A stretch of DNA of 64,000 nucleotides from Curvularia clavata (lineage: Eukaryota). The position numbers and the translations under genes were made by a program. Numbering within the stretch: the first letter of the stretch is position 1; each line of letters opens with the position of its first letter. Positions 1 to 11,684 of this stretch are shown here, one piece after another. The DNA is taken from NCBI GenBank assembly GCA_023920165.1, contig CP089279.1, forward strand, positions 806,001-870,000, given 5' to 3'. The notes beneath the pieces are model-generated. The model did not search any database, had not been told where the DNA came from, and worked only from the letters and a program-made list of their open reading frames with translations.

Positions 1-257
1 TGGTCGTCAATTTCGTCTTCGTCGACCCCTTCTTCTTCCAGCTTGTCTCGCAACTCAAGGACCTTAACCTCAATTTCTCGCTTGGCCTCATGCTCGAGGA
101 TCTCGGCGTCTGGTTGTCGTGGGCGGTATTTGGCTTGGTCCCAGTCCTTTGGGTAAGGCTGAACCTTGTCGCGTGGTTTGAGGAGTGACCGGTTTTTCTG
201 TACATAGCCCGAGGTGCCACTGCCTCGTGGCGTGGAAAGGCCTACGTTGTCGGCCAT
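1..257 (-). CDS. CWC21: Pre-mRNA splicing factor Cwc21 (5' part only; runs off the left edge)
   Basis: Manual translation from ATG at 257: MADNVGLSTPRGSGTSGYVQKNRSLLKPRD...RQPDAEILEHEAKREIEVKVLELRDKLEEEG, the characteristic Cwc21/SRRM2 N-terminus and cwf21 domain. Not in the ORF track. Confidence 0.93.
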   Translation of the reverse strand, partial: MADNVGLSTPRGSGTSGYVQKNRSLLKPRDKVQPYPKDWDQAKYRPRQPDAEILEHEAKREIEVKVLELRDKLEEEGVDEDEIDD

Positions 258-527
258 GATTTGCGATGTGGTCTTGGTCGAGAAGTTTGTATTAGGGTGG
301 TTAAGACACTGGCCAGGATGGCTGCTAGGCTGCGGAGAGTTCGGAGGTGAGGCATGGTCCAAGCTTGGAGGGCGTGGCGTCCCAGCGCCGGTGGTGACGG
401 AATTCCCGTTGCCCCACCAAAACTTTTGGTCCGATGTGAAGACTCACGCAGCAATGGAGTCACCACTCTGCCTGGTGCATGTCCACCATTGCCTCAAATA
501 TATTCCTACATCCATAGACCTACCACC

Positions 528-1815
528 ATGAGCGCACAGGAAATAGCAAGCGACAGCGCCTCTGCTGGGCCTGTTGAGATGGGGTACACAGAGTTGCCTT
601 TTCCCCCAGTCACCAAGCAGCATATCTTGAACTGCTCCTACCATAGTTGGCACCCCAAGTCAGTCAGCCCCTGCCGTCTGCTACTTTATCCATTCTCATA
701 CTGCCAGATATCGCGCAGTAACGCCCAAGGCACGCCTCGTTCCTCTCCCACCCGCCTTCCTCGAATACCTCCGCTCAGATGGCATCGTCTTGCCTCCCGA
801 AGACCGCGACGACCCTTCGTGGTCAGACAACGACAGTGGAATCTTCTCTGGCGCTGATAACAATGAAGACGACGCTGAGGAGAGCCTAGATCCTAGCGCC
901 GAGTGGCGCGATACTCACGAAGCTATTGAGCGCACCATTGAGGAGCTGGGCGGTAGAGTTGCACCCAAGCTCAACTGGAGTGCGCCCAAGGATGCGACGT
1001 GGATAGCGGCAACCAACAGCATGGAATGTCGGACACCAAACGACATCTACCTACTCTTGAAATCCAGTGATTTTGTCACACATGACCTCGCTCATGCCTT
1101 TGACGATACAGCCGATGAATCCACAACACCAGACCCCGCGATACCGTACCATCTTGTGCTACGCAAGTGGATTACCCTCAACCCCAGTGTTGAGTTCCGA
1201 TGCTTTGTGCGCAACCGAAGGCTGATTGCCCTATGTCAGCGCGACCTGAATCACTTTGACTTTTTGTTCAACATGCAGGACAAGCTGCGAGACACGATCC
1301 AGGCCTTTTTCGACGCAAAGCTGCGCGACACATTCCCGGACCCAAACTTTACCTTTGACGTCTACGTTCCGCCACCGCACGACAAAGTCTGGGTAGTCGA
1401 CTTCAATCCATGGGCTGTACGGACAGATCCCCTGATCTTTTCGTGGATGGAGCTGCTCACCATGGAGGTACCCGAGCCAGCATCGACCGGGGAAACAACA
1501 GTGCGTCTGAAAATAGCTCAGCCTGGGGACAAGAGCGACACAGTTCCCGCAGCTCCTGAAGAACCAGAACAAAATGATAGCTCGGATGATGATGATATCG
1601 AGGAGGTATGGCAACCCGAATTCCGGCTGGTAAGGAGAGACGACCCAGAAGCATACGGTTTCACAACTCCACAATATAGCGCTCATAAACTACCCAAAGA
1701 TGTGGTAGACGCGAGCAGAGGAGGCGAAGGACAGATGCGAGAGTTCGCCATGCAGTGGGAGCAGGCTCAGAAGTTGGCGGAGCAACAGAGAGCAGAAGAC
1801 AGCGAGGACGACTAG
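528..1815 (+). CDS. CDC123: Cell division cycle protein 123 (D123 family, eIF2 assembly factor); intron 659-707
   Basis: Motifs [48 protein letters not shown] and DFNPW. A GTCAGT...CAG intron joins the MSAQEI exon to the 790..1815 ORF in frame. Confidence 0.93.
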
Positions 1816-2415
1816 ACTGGGGCAGTAGTGGGTCGTGTTACAGCTATCGACAAACAAACATTAGTCGAGCAGAACAACACATGCGCCGGCAAAATGACTA
1901 CTGCTTTTGTCTTGTGAAGAGTCATTACCTCTTACAGCTTGGCGCATGTAAACACCAGCTGGTGTTGCGTGATTGGGCATCCGGGCCATGTGCGCTGAGG
2001 CATGACTGGCTTTGTCGCGTGAAGCTGCCGGCCCGCCACCGTGACTCGCCCATGCAGGGCATTTGCTTGTTTCACCGCCGCGTCCCCCACGCATCCGATT
2101 CGACAGGACTCAACTTGTCCAGCATAACACACACTTTGTTCTTGACCTTTTGTTGTGCTTCTCATCTCGTGTGCTTTAAGATGCGCAATCTTCAGCTGCC
2201 GTAGAGCTGGCACGCTACGTACTTCCCGCGGTCCACCATTACATCTTGAATTGGACGACTAGCCACCTGCACCACCGCGCGTCACTACCTATTCCAAACA
2301 GCAGCCTACAACTCACCTCTTGACGTCGCGTTCATCCTTACTTCTGCTACTTGCTCTCTTCTCAAAACTCAATCCACAATCTACCGTTCGCAAACTACCC
2401 AGGTGCCCATCCAGC

Positions 2416-3642
2416 ATGCACACACCAGACCGTACTTACAGTGGCTTCTTGTCCCTGCCCACCGAGATACGATGTTACATCTACGATTACTTGCTTGCTG
2501 AACCATATGCCATTACCATCAGCGCTGGGTATGCCATTTCCTCTGGTAATCGGATACAAGACTGTGCTCGCAAGACCGAGATTCCGGGTTTGCCACCCCA
2601 TCTTGTTCCGCTGGCACGGCGTCGACACGATACATCCCTCCTCTCCGTTGCGAAACCTCCAACTATCGCCCTCGAAGATGGACAGATGAATGATACTGAG
2701 GGCGAGAAGCTGGGATATCCAGCACCATTGGCATTGTCATTGACTTCTCGGTTGGTCAATGATGAGCTGAGCGATTGTATACGGCGGCGGAGACACATCA
2801 CGCAGGCACGCTCAGTACTCGATGCGGATGGCGTGCCTCAAGATGATGAAGCAAATGAGGAAGGCATGTCACTCTATGTGTCATATCCGTACGGCGTGCT
2901 GGTGTTGAAGAACCAATATCCATACTTGCTGAAGCAAGCGCGGAAAGTTTACATTTCCGGATACTATACTGCTCTTATAGAAGACGAGTCTGCTGCTCCA
3001 GATTCTGGTGAAAACGAACACTTGACGCCATCCAACAGCATCACGGCACCCTCCTTCAACACTCCCGCGTCTGGTCCTACAACGAGCGTCATATCCACAT
3101 CCAGCATTTCCCCCAGACGAACGCCCCGCCACAACGCATCGGCGAACTCAACTCGTCCCCGCCTCCGCATGGGCCAGCCACTCCCACGCGAATCGCGCCA
3201 CGCGGCCAACATAGCCGCTGCATTCCCTGCCTTTTCCAAATCAACCGCAACCCACGCTCCTGTTGCTCTCGAACACCTCATGTCTACAATATTCCCCAAG
3301 AATCTTGTTCCTCTCGCCAAGTGCACAGCACGCATCCTTTTTCCAGGCGAGAATACATATGGAAGTCTTTGGGGAGATGACAATAGCCCGGTCCTTCATA
3401 TTCTGCGCAGCATGTGCGGCGGCAAAATCGATATGAAAGTGCTGCGATGTAATATGGGTACAGGAGTCAAACTGACGGCAAGACCGAAGCCCGAGGCCCG
3501 TATCGTAAGTACGAGTTGGGTTAATTGGAAGAAGGGGGACTTCAGGGTGGCAGGCAATCCCGGTCCACCAAGAAGGGCAAGCGAAGCATTAGGTGTAAGC
3601 GATCTGGATGAGTTTTTGAAGGGTACCGAATGTGGTGCCTGA
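2416..3642 (+). CDS. Hypothetical protein with an N-terminal F-box-like motif
   Basis: Long single ORF; first ATG at 2416; FLSLPTEIRCYIYDYLL resembles an F-box/2EXR-like start. Confidence 0.7.
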   Translation: MHTPDRTYSGFLSLPTEIRCYIYDYLLAEPYAITISAGYAISSGNRIQDCARKTEIPGLPPHLVPLARRRHDTSLLSVAKPPTIALEDGQMNDTEGEKLGYPAPLALSLTSRLVNDELSDCIRRRRHITQARSVLDADGVPQDDEANEEGMSLYVSYPYGVLVLKNQYPYLLKQARKVYISGYYTALIEDESAAPDSGENEHLTPSNSITAPSFNTPASGPTTSVISTSSISPRRTPRHNASANSTRPRLRMGQPLPRESRHAANIAAAFPAFSKSTATHAPVALEHLMSTIFPKNLVPLAKCTARILFPGENTYGSLWGDDNSPVLHILRSMCGGKIDMKVLRCNMGTGVKLTARPKPEARIVSTSWVNWKKGDFRVAGNPGPPRRASEALGVSDLDEFLKGTECGA

Positions 3643-3899
3643 AGGAGTCGAATGCTGGACACGTTCGCCGTCAAACCAATCAACGAATTCGATGTGATAT
3701 TCCCTCTCATAGTACAACGTCCTACCGTGGCTGCATTTACTTGAACTCTCGTGAGTAGAAGGAGGCCCACTCTACATAACCTGGTTAATGCCAAGAAATG
3801 TCCCAATCAAGTTCATCTCGCGACTCCAAGATGTTCATTCACGATGGATTTGCGATTTCCACTATGACTACGAACTCAGGACGCTCAAAGATAGAAAAA

Positions 3900-5841
3900 T
3901 CACCATGTAAACCACCTGACTGCACCAGGAACGCCTACAGCCAAATCTCTTTCGTCCGAGTAACCAACCCGCATTTTCCGATCGTCTTCCTCAGGATACG
4001 TCAACCAATAGGAAATGATACGTAGATGCTCCGGCACTTCAAGATCACCCATTGATCCATCGTCAAAAACACCCAACTCCGCTTTCGTGCGTTCCTGCTC
4101 CAGCGCCAACGCCTCCTCCGCTATCCTCCCCGCCATCATCCCATCCCAAAACCCCTCTCTTCTCGGATGTCTCAGCATCAACTCCACAGCGCGCCTCCGA
4201 AGTGCCTGGCAGGAAGCCGGAGCCCTCACAGCCACAAACCACAACGCCGCTGTCGGTCCCATGGACGTCATAAACACAGGCGTATCCTTATCCCCTGGGC
4301 CCACCAAAAGCTGACTACACAGCTCAAAAATCTTCGCAAAATGCGCTGCCTCGTCAAACGGTGTCTCAAATGGCTCTTTTGCTCCTTGGAATGCTGACAG
4401 GCAAGGGTATTTGCCGAGAAGATCTGCCCTCGGGTGACGCAGAAGATATTCTATCTGGGCCTGCAGGAGCTCGAGCGCGGTAAGGGGCTGAGTGAAGTCG
4501 TCGCGCGAGCTGCGACCTGCTTCATCCCACAGCTGGTGCATGATGTGTGCGCCGTGCTCAAAGAGACGGGCGAGATGGCGCTGCTCGAGCGCCACTTCAT
4601 CATGCGCGTTTTGCTCGTCGGGCTCGCGCAGAAAAGTCTTTTGGTTGAAGGCGTGGATCTGGCTGAGGAGCGACTCCATATGTTGCAGCACCGCGAGCAG
4701 GCTCGGCATATTGAGTTTCCCATGACTGCTATCTAGCAGCACGCAAGACGGTGCGGTTCGGGGCTTTGCGACCCATCTGCGGGACTCTGCCGACGGCATC
4801 ATGGCTCGGATTTGCGCGTCCATGGCTACGAAGATGGTGCGGAGGGAGTCGAGATCTTCGGCGGTTTCTTTCTGCGCCCCGGACTCGTCCATCTCGTTGA
4901 GCAGACGGATCCCGCTACGCAGGTGCTCGATGGCGTGCCGTTGATAGCCTTGGAGACAGCACATGCTGCTGAAGAGAATCGCGCATGTCATTAGCGTGAT
5001 CTTGTTCATTCGCGAATCTTTCGCGTCTGATGGTGACTCTGGCTTGTTCAAGAGCAGCTTTATCGCACGGTTGGATTGTAACAATGCGAATTGTAGATAT
5101 TTGTCCGACATGGCATTTTCTGTCAAGTGCGATTGCTGGCCTTCGTAGAAGCGCCGGTATATGGCGCCCATGGCGACGACGCAGTGTTGGATTGCGGGCT
5201 CGCGGTGGGCAGCCTGGAGGACTTCACGTTGCCAGAAGGGCGAATCGAGAAAGCCTCGTAATTTAGTGATGGCGTGGGAAGCGAAGAAGTCGAAGCTTTC
5301 TCGTTCTTCCTCGGTGCCAAGAGGAATGGCGGGCGCGAGGCTGATGGGTGACTGAGAGCGTAATGAGGTCCTGTTGACTACCTGTCGAGATGGACCTGGT
5401 CTTGTTTCTGGGGGTGAGGATCCGGGACTGCGATAGACTTGGAAAGTGGTGTCGTAGCCATCGCATTTACGGCCTGTCGAGGTGCAGCGTTTGCAGTGAG
5501 GCTTTTCTTCGTCACATTTTACTTTTCGTATTCTATATTTCTGTCAGTAGGTGGCAATTGAAAATCATGGCTCTGAAGAGCTGCTAGAGGGAATTCGTAA
5601 ATGTATTCGGCAGGAATGGGCTATTGGGAACGCTGCAAAATGGGCTAAATCCTTTATCTCTCTACCTTGGTCATGCTACAGGACGAGATATCTCAAACCC
5701 ACGCCAAACGACAATGTTTTGATCTAACACAAGGCGCATTTTCTGGCAAAGGGCTCAATCTACTTACTTGCATGTCTTGCACCCAGACCGAGCTTTCGGC
5801 TTCCAGGCCCTCTGCCGTGGCTTACCCGCCACCATCTCCAT
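3900..5841 (-). CDS. Zn(II)2Cys6 transcription factor; intron 5533-5767
   Basis: Spliced N-terminus MEMVAGKPRQRAWKPKARSGCKTCK|IRKVKCDEEKPHCKRCTSTGRKCDGY continues in frame into the 3900..5171 ORF. Intron has a GTAAGT donor, CTGAC branch and TAG acceptor. Confidence 0.9.
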
Positions 5842-6388
5842 ACCGATGACGACTAACCAGATACAATAGGAAAAGAAGTGTCTCAATACGAAACTGAGCA
5901 ACAGAAGCAAGCAACTCTATTATTAAAGCGATTGATGCGCGAGCATACAAATGGCACTGAGGAGGCTTTTTGAGGCTTGCATTTGCGGTACGCAGTAATG
6001 AGGCGTTGTCGCTAGGCATCAGGGCCTGCGGAGTATTTTGTCTATTTTAAGAAAATGTGGCCAATGGAGGGGTGTTTGGGGGCTGCATTTGACCGGGTGC
6101 CTGATCCTTCAAGCATGCACCGCAATTTTCCGAGCATCGTCCAAACGCTTAAAATATATGTCAGCTCTCTATGAGTAGGGCTAAATGCTCCAAGTATAAT
6201 ATATTGCTGCCGTGTCCAACAAGAATAGCTGTAGTGTTGTTGTACTGCTCGTGAGGCTGAGTTTATCAATACAGTACACGCAGTGGCTCTCTAGACGGAC
6301 CGAATGGGAAGAGCTGAACTTCGCATAAGAAAACGCAGCACCAATCACATGCCATTCTATAAAGTGTTCGATGTGACAGCCCCAGTAA

Positions 6389-7999
6389 TCACAACTTCCG
6401 CCAAAGACCCCGCAGAAACCCTGCTTTGCCCTGTTGTTCACTATGAGGCTCGCCATGAACATATTCGTCCCTCATATCCATGTCTTTTCTCCTTCCAGAG
6501 TCCAGATCAATCTCGTGGCTTCTCCAGAACCGTGTTTTGAACCATAACTTGTAACCGCCGTATATGACCAAGAACATGGGCAGCATGATATATGCGTCAA
6601 CAAAGTTTCCTGCATTGAACGGACTCAAGGTGGTCCAGCCTTGTACAAGTGCGAGGAAAATGTTGGCGAATAGTCCAAAATAGGCATTCCAAGGATATGC
6701 GATCGACTTGAATGGCAGCGCGTCCGGAGTTCGACCCTGAGCTTTCCATGCCTTTCTGAAGCGAATATGCGTGAATGATATGGATCCCCAAACCAGGAAA
6801 GTAGAAACACCACTCAGGTTGACAATGTAGGAATACGCCTTGCCGCCTCCAGTGCTGACGTTCATCATAGATATCGCTCCGATCAAGTTGGTGAATACGA
6901 TAGCATAGACTGGTACGCCGCGGCTATTTGTCTTTCCTAGGAATCCTGGTGCCATCTTTTCTTGTGCCATGAAGAGAAGCGTTCGAGAACCAATATAAAT
7001 GGAGCTGTTGGCCGCGCTCAGAACTGTGACGAAGATGAAAGCGTTGATGAGATGGACTCCGCCCTGCCAGCCGGCGTTCTGGAGTGCGATGGTCATGGGA
7101 CTCTTCAATGCACGGCTACTTCCATTCGCAAGTCCGTCCGCGTTCGAAGGGCAGGTGAGGCCAAAGAAGAACGCAACTCCAATGTAGACGAAGAGGATGC
7201 GCCATATGACCTGTCGGATTGCGAGAGGTACCGCCACAGACGGGTTTCTGGTTTCTGTTGCTGCGACAGCGACAGCCTCCACGCCTGCGTAAAAGGTAGA
7301 GGCAAAAACAAAGACCGTCGCTACTCCACGGAACCCATCTACCCATGGTCCTGGGTTATGCCAGTAGCGGAATCCAAGCGCCTCATCTTGGCCAATCAGT
7401 CCTCCTGAAGCATAGATGATCGCAAAAATGAAGTATGTGCATAGGCCAGCAAGCTTAATGAGCGCAAGCCAGAACTCTGCTTCTCCAAACGATTCAATAC
7501 CCAGCATCTGGAAGCCTAGGAATGCAAACCAGAAGATGAGAAAGTAGCCCCATAGCGGCACCTGCGGGCCCCAGAAGATCATAATCGACGAGATGACGTT
7601 GTATTCGTTGGCCAGAACACACGCCCACACCAGCCAGTACTGCCAGCCAACAGCAACGCCAAAAGCCTTGTCCACGAAGCGCTCGGAGAGCGTAACAAAA
7701 GCTCCACCAGTGGGATACAGCGTCGTCATTTCGCCTAGAGACTGTGTGATGCTGAAGGCGATGATGCCAATGACGCAGAACGCGATGAGCAAAGAAGCCG
7801 GACCACCCTGTGCGAGAGCGCCTCCCGTTCCAACCAGAATACCAGGGCCAATAATTCCAGCCAACGCCATCATACTCAAGTGGCGAGTCTTAAGCCCGCG
7901 CTTAACACCGCTGGGATCCATTCGTTGAAAGTCATCGTCGTTGTAGCTCGCCGTGGGCGAGGGAGGTCCGGCGGTGGCCTTGGAGTCGAAGAGGGCCAT
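6389..7999 (-). CDS. Amino acid permease (APC superfamily, YAT family)
   Basis: 536 aa, about 12 hydrophobic segments; KRGLKTRHLSMMALAGIIGPG, FGEAEFWLALIK and ETRNP motifs. Confidence 0.95.
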   Translation of the reverse strand: MALFDSKATAGPPSPTASYNDDDFQRMDPSGVKRGLKTRHLSMMALAGIIGPGILVGTGGALAQGGPASLLIAFCVIGIIAFSITQSLGEMTTLYPTGGAFVTLSERFVDKAFGVAVGWQYWLVWACVLANEYNVISSIMIFWGPQVPLWGYFLIFWFAFLGFQMLGIESFGEAEFWLALIKLAGLCTYFIFAIIYASGGLIGQDEALGFRYWHNPGPWVDGFRGVATVFVFASTFYAGVEAVAVAATETRNPSVAVPLAIRQVIWRILFVYIGVAFFFGLTCPSNADGLANGSSRALKSPMTIALQNAGWQGGVHLINAFIFVTVLSAANSSIYIGSRTLLFMAQEKMAPGFLGKTNSRGVPVYAIVFTNLIGAISMMNVSTGGGKAYSYIVNLSGVSTFLVWGSISFTHIRFRKAWKAQGRTPDALPFKSIAYPWNAYFGLFANIFLALVQGWTTLSPFNAGNFVDAYIMLPMFLVIYGGYKLWFKTRFWRSHEIDLDSGRRKDMDMRDEYVHGEPHSEQQGKAGFLRGLWRKL

Positions 8000-9061
8000 G
8001 GCAAGCCGTTTGTGGTGTTGGTCGAAACAAAAAGGATAAAATGCATAGCTTTTAAAGACCCATAGTTATAAGTGGCTTTCTAGTCTTGACTTGGCGGGCC
8101 GTAGGAACAGTTGCTCTGTGACGAATGACAACAGGCTAGGGCTTGGTGCATGTTGCGATTTTCAGGGCGAATTGCGCGATAAGAGGTATGGAGAGCCTTT
8201 TGGGACATTTTACCCGAATGGCGTTTTCTGGTGATCTTGGAAACAATTATGTCAAACCAACACGTATCGAATTCAACTGTGAGGAGAAAGGTATGTCTGT
8301 TTCTCGTGGAGACTGTACTTCTGCTATCCAGCGCGTGGGTATAGTGAAGGATCGGGTGGTGGGGAAGACGGCAAAAGAGATAAGCGCAACCTACTACATC
8401 CGGCCTAGGGTAATGCACCTTGGTCTTCTAACTAGGCGGCACTTCACCCAGCGGATCTTGCACTCGACATGATCCAGTGTTCTCGCCGTCATCGGCTGGG
8501 GTATATGCCGCGCCCCCATCAAAAACTAGACCGCGGTGAACTCTACAGGCACGGTGTTAAGTAACGTAAAAGCCGAGAAGGACTGGACATGGACTTTGCA
8601 AAATGGTTCAGAGATAGTCTCCGCAGACCCTGATCTCTTTCTTGACAACCTAGTCCTCGATGTGGTTTACTACTACTAGGAGATACGTATGCAGTGCTAG
8701 TCATATCTGATACAGTTTCTCTGGTTTGCATGATGTTTGGTCCCTGTGTATATTTCCCAGAGTTCACTCGATCTTGGCCAAACAAACAAACAAATCGCAG
8801 GGCCAGACTTCATTTCTTTTCTATTACTGTTTTTGGTTTGCATGATTGGCTTATGCAGTAGAGAGAACGCTCATATAGAAGATGTCACGTGACCATAATT
8901 CAACGAATACGAGGCTGATCTAATACCCATCATGCTCTATTAAAATCTTTTTATGCTACTATGAACATTTTCTCATATATCGTCGTTAGCCCTGATCCAG
9001 TCAGGCTATACAAAGCTCCAGGCTAGTAGTCTGTTCACTGCGTTCTCATCAAGCACGTGAT

Positions 9062-10084
9062 TTAGTTTCGGCCACCAATTGCCATGCGCTTCTTGAGCCT
9101 GTAAGCAAGGGCGCGCTTCCTGGCACCAGCGCTCTGTGTGAAAGCAACTGAGCCACCGAAAGGTCCAGCCGCGGCACCGTTGCGTACTCGCATGACGCAG
9201 ACGTTGTTGACACCGGCAACAGTGGCATCGCAAGTCATACCGGCGGGCATCTGAACCTTCATCTCGAACTCGGTGTTGGTAGCGAGTGAGATACCCTGAA
9301 CTCCGAGACCTGGAACATCCTTGACAACTGTTGCTTTCTGCATGGCAGCCTCGTCAGTGCCACCGGATGTACCATCGACATCAGCTGTGAAGGGACCCGC
9401 ACCATCTTGGTTGATCTAAAGAACATTAGTGAGTGATTTTACACTGCGGGTTCGGTATCTTACCTGTCGGAGGGTCATCGTGACAGTGCCATCTTCAGCA
9501 CAAGTGGGCATTCCGCTGGCAGCACCAGCACCGACAGCAGCGGCGACGCGAGACTCAGGAGGGCCGTTGACCTTGTCGCCGCCTCCACCAAGCAGTCCAG
9601 CGATACCGGTCGCACCGCCAGCGCCACCCTTGTTACCATTACCACCTCCAAGAAGGCCACTCAAGAACTGGCGCTTCCGCTGAGCTGACTGGGGAATGTT
9701 GTCCTCAACACCAACACTTCCGGAGGCTCCTTGGTTGGCAGGTGGTGCAGAACCAGCTCCCATGAAGGCTCCGATCATGACCGCAGCATCGACTTTTCCG
9801 TTGCCCTGAGTGCGGCCAAGAGGACTAGCCTTACCGCTGGCAATCTCGCGGTCCCTGATGATGGCAGTGTCCGCCTGCGAACCGCAGCCGCTGAATTTCT
9901 GTTAGTTCGATGCTTCGAGGTATGATGATTGTGTAGCTTACTTGGAAGAGCAGTCACGAGGAGTTCCATCTTGGATCGTCAAGCCAGGCATGGTGACGCC
10001 ATTGGCACCCTTGATCTCAGTGACAACACCGTGGGCCGAGACGGCAGCGGCCAGGGCAAGAATAAGTGCTGGTGAGAAGTACAT
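9062..10084 (-). CDS. Secreted gEgh16/GAS1-like (DUF3129) protein; introns 9891-9941 and 9416-9463
   Basis: Signal peptide MYFSPALILALAAAVSA followed by HGVVTEIKGANG, SQADTAIIRDREI, RQINQDGAGPF and CVMRVRNGAAAGPFGG, typical of the family. Confidence 0.85.
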
Positions 10085-11684
10085 ATTGAATATTTGTAAG
10101 ATTTGAAGACGAGATCAACTCGAGGTATTATATGCCAGGTGACTGTAAATAGAAGAGGTGAAGCGAAAAGCACCAGGCTAGAGAAGATTGTAGTATTAGT
10201 GAAGAGGATGTAGAATTGGAAGCTGATGATGGTTTATCAGTCGGTTTGAACAAGTCTTCTTATACACTTTGGCATCGCCGTAGATCTCTATCGCACCTCA
10301 TTCTACATTGGGTTGGTAGCCGCCCGCCCACTTCTCCACGACTTCGGGATTCCTCTCGTACCCATCAAACACCATACTGGGTATGGGTACAGGCCAGCAG
10401 CTGTGTCATGAAGCGTCTTCTGAGGCTTCTTAGTAAGGTCAAACAGGCTTGGCTGCGAGGAGGCGTTTCCCCGGTACGCTTGGCAATGGCGGAAGGCTGC
10501 ATTTCCAGGCGCTGAGAGGTGGCGATGTTCTGGCTCCTAGTTTCATTCTGACCCGTAGTAGAAACCTGCAGGCGCCAAGGCGAAAACCTTCAATGCGATA
10601 TTCCAAGATAGTCGAAACGCTCCGAGGGTCTGACAAGTAATGCAAAACAGGTAAATATAGACACTGATTGATCCTACAACACATGGCCTATAGCACAACT
10701 CTTACACGCCGCTGGATATGCCCATTAATGGATCTGAAGAAATGTACTGCAGCAGGAGAGGTTCGGAGACATGACATCGTATGTTGATCTGCACTGCATC
10801 ATGTATCAGTGATTCTCCCGACGGAGGGCTTAAGGCTAGGTCTGCAGCCAAGAAGAGATAAGCAAAAAGCCAATACAAATCCTCTTGTGCAATTCGCTCA
10901 AGCGATGAAGACTATTTGCAGATGTTCGCGAGTAAAGTCTCCAAGACCCACAGCCAACCCTAGTAGATGTTGCAGTCCCCGTCGCCGCTAGCGTTTCATC
11001 AAACAATACAGTCGATCTTCAAACTTGTTGTGCTTTGTTCCTAAAACTCGATACCTAGTCATTCATGCGACGACACCCTAGGCCAAGATGGCGAGGCTGG
11101 AGGTGGCTGTGTGGGACGGTTGCAGTTTGTGTTTGGTCAGTGGACCAGTCGAGATGTGGTTTGTGACTAAGGTGGAGGTGGTCTGAATGGGGAAAGAGGC
11201 GCGATTCTTGATATGGCTGGGATCTTAATTATACCATTCTGCAGGGGATAGACGATACTAGTTTTTGCTCGAGTGTGGTAGTAGGTGTATTCTTGTTCAC
11301 GTTCGACAGCATCAGGTAACGTCCGGCAACGCTAAACTGCGTCCGACACCCAACATCGTCACACCCGACGATACGCCCGGCAGCGCTAACCCACATCTAG
11401 CGAAATTCCGTCGCGCTCAAGTCACGTCGAACAGCGCAAGTCGCGCCCGAAAGCCTTGAGTCATGTGTAATAGATGTCGAGTTAAGTAACTCGCAGCATT
11501 TGTGGATCATACATCGGTCGGGCAAAATGCGATTCATAAAACCCGTGACACTCGCTTTATCGAAGTGTCTATAGGTTGTAGGATTTCACTTTTGAATCTC
11601 ATGTGCTTCAAGTGCTGGTGGCATGAGCGTCTTCTGCCCCCAACCCGCTATTCAAAATTGACAACCTCAGATCTCAGGAGATCC

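Noticed and set aside
5533..5767. Unusually long (235 nt) intron splitting a zinc cluster; considered a nested intron or snoRNA host
   Set aside because: No convincing internal splice pair or C/D or H/ACA box arrangement was seen.
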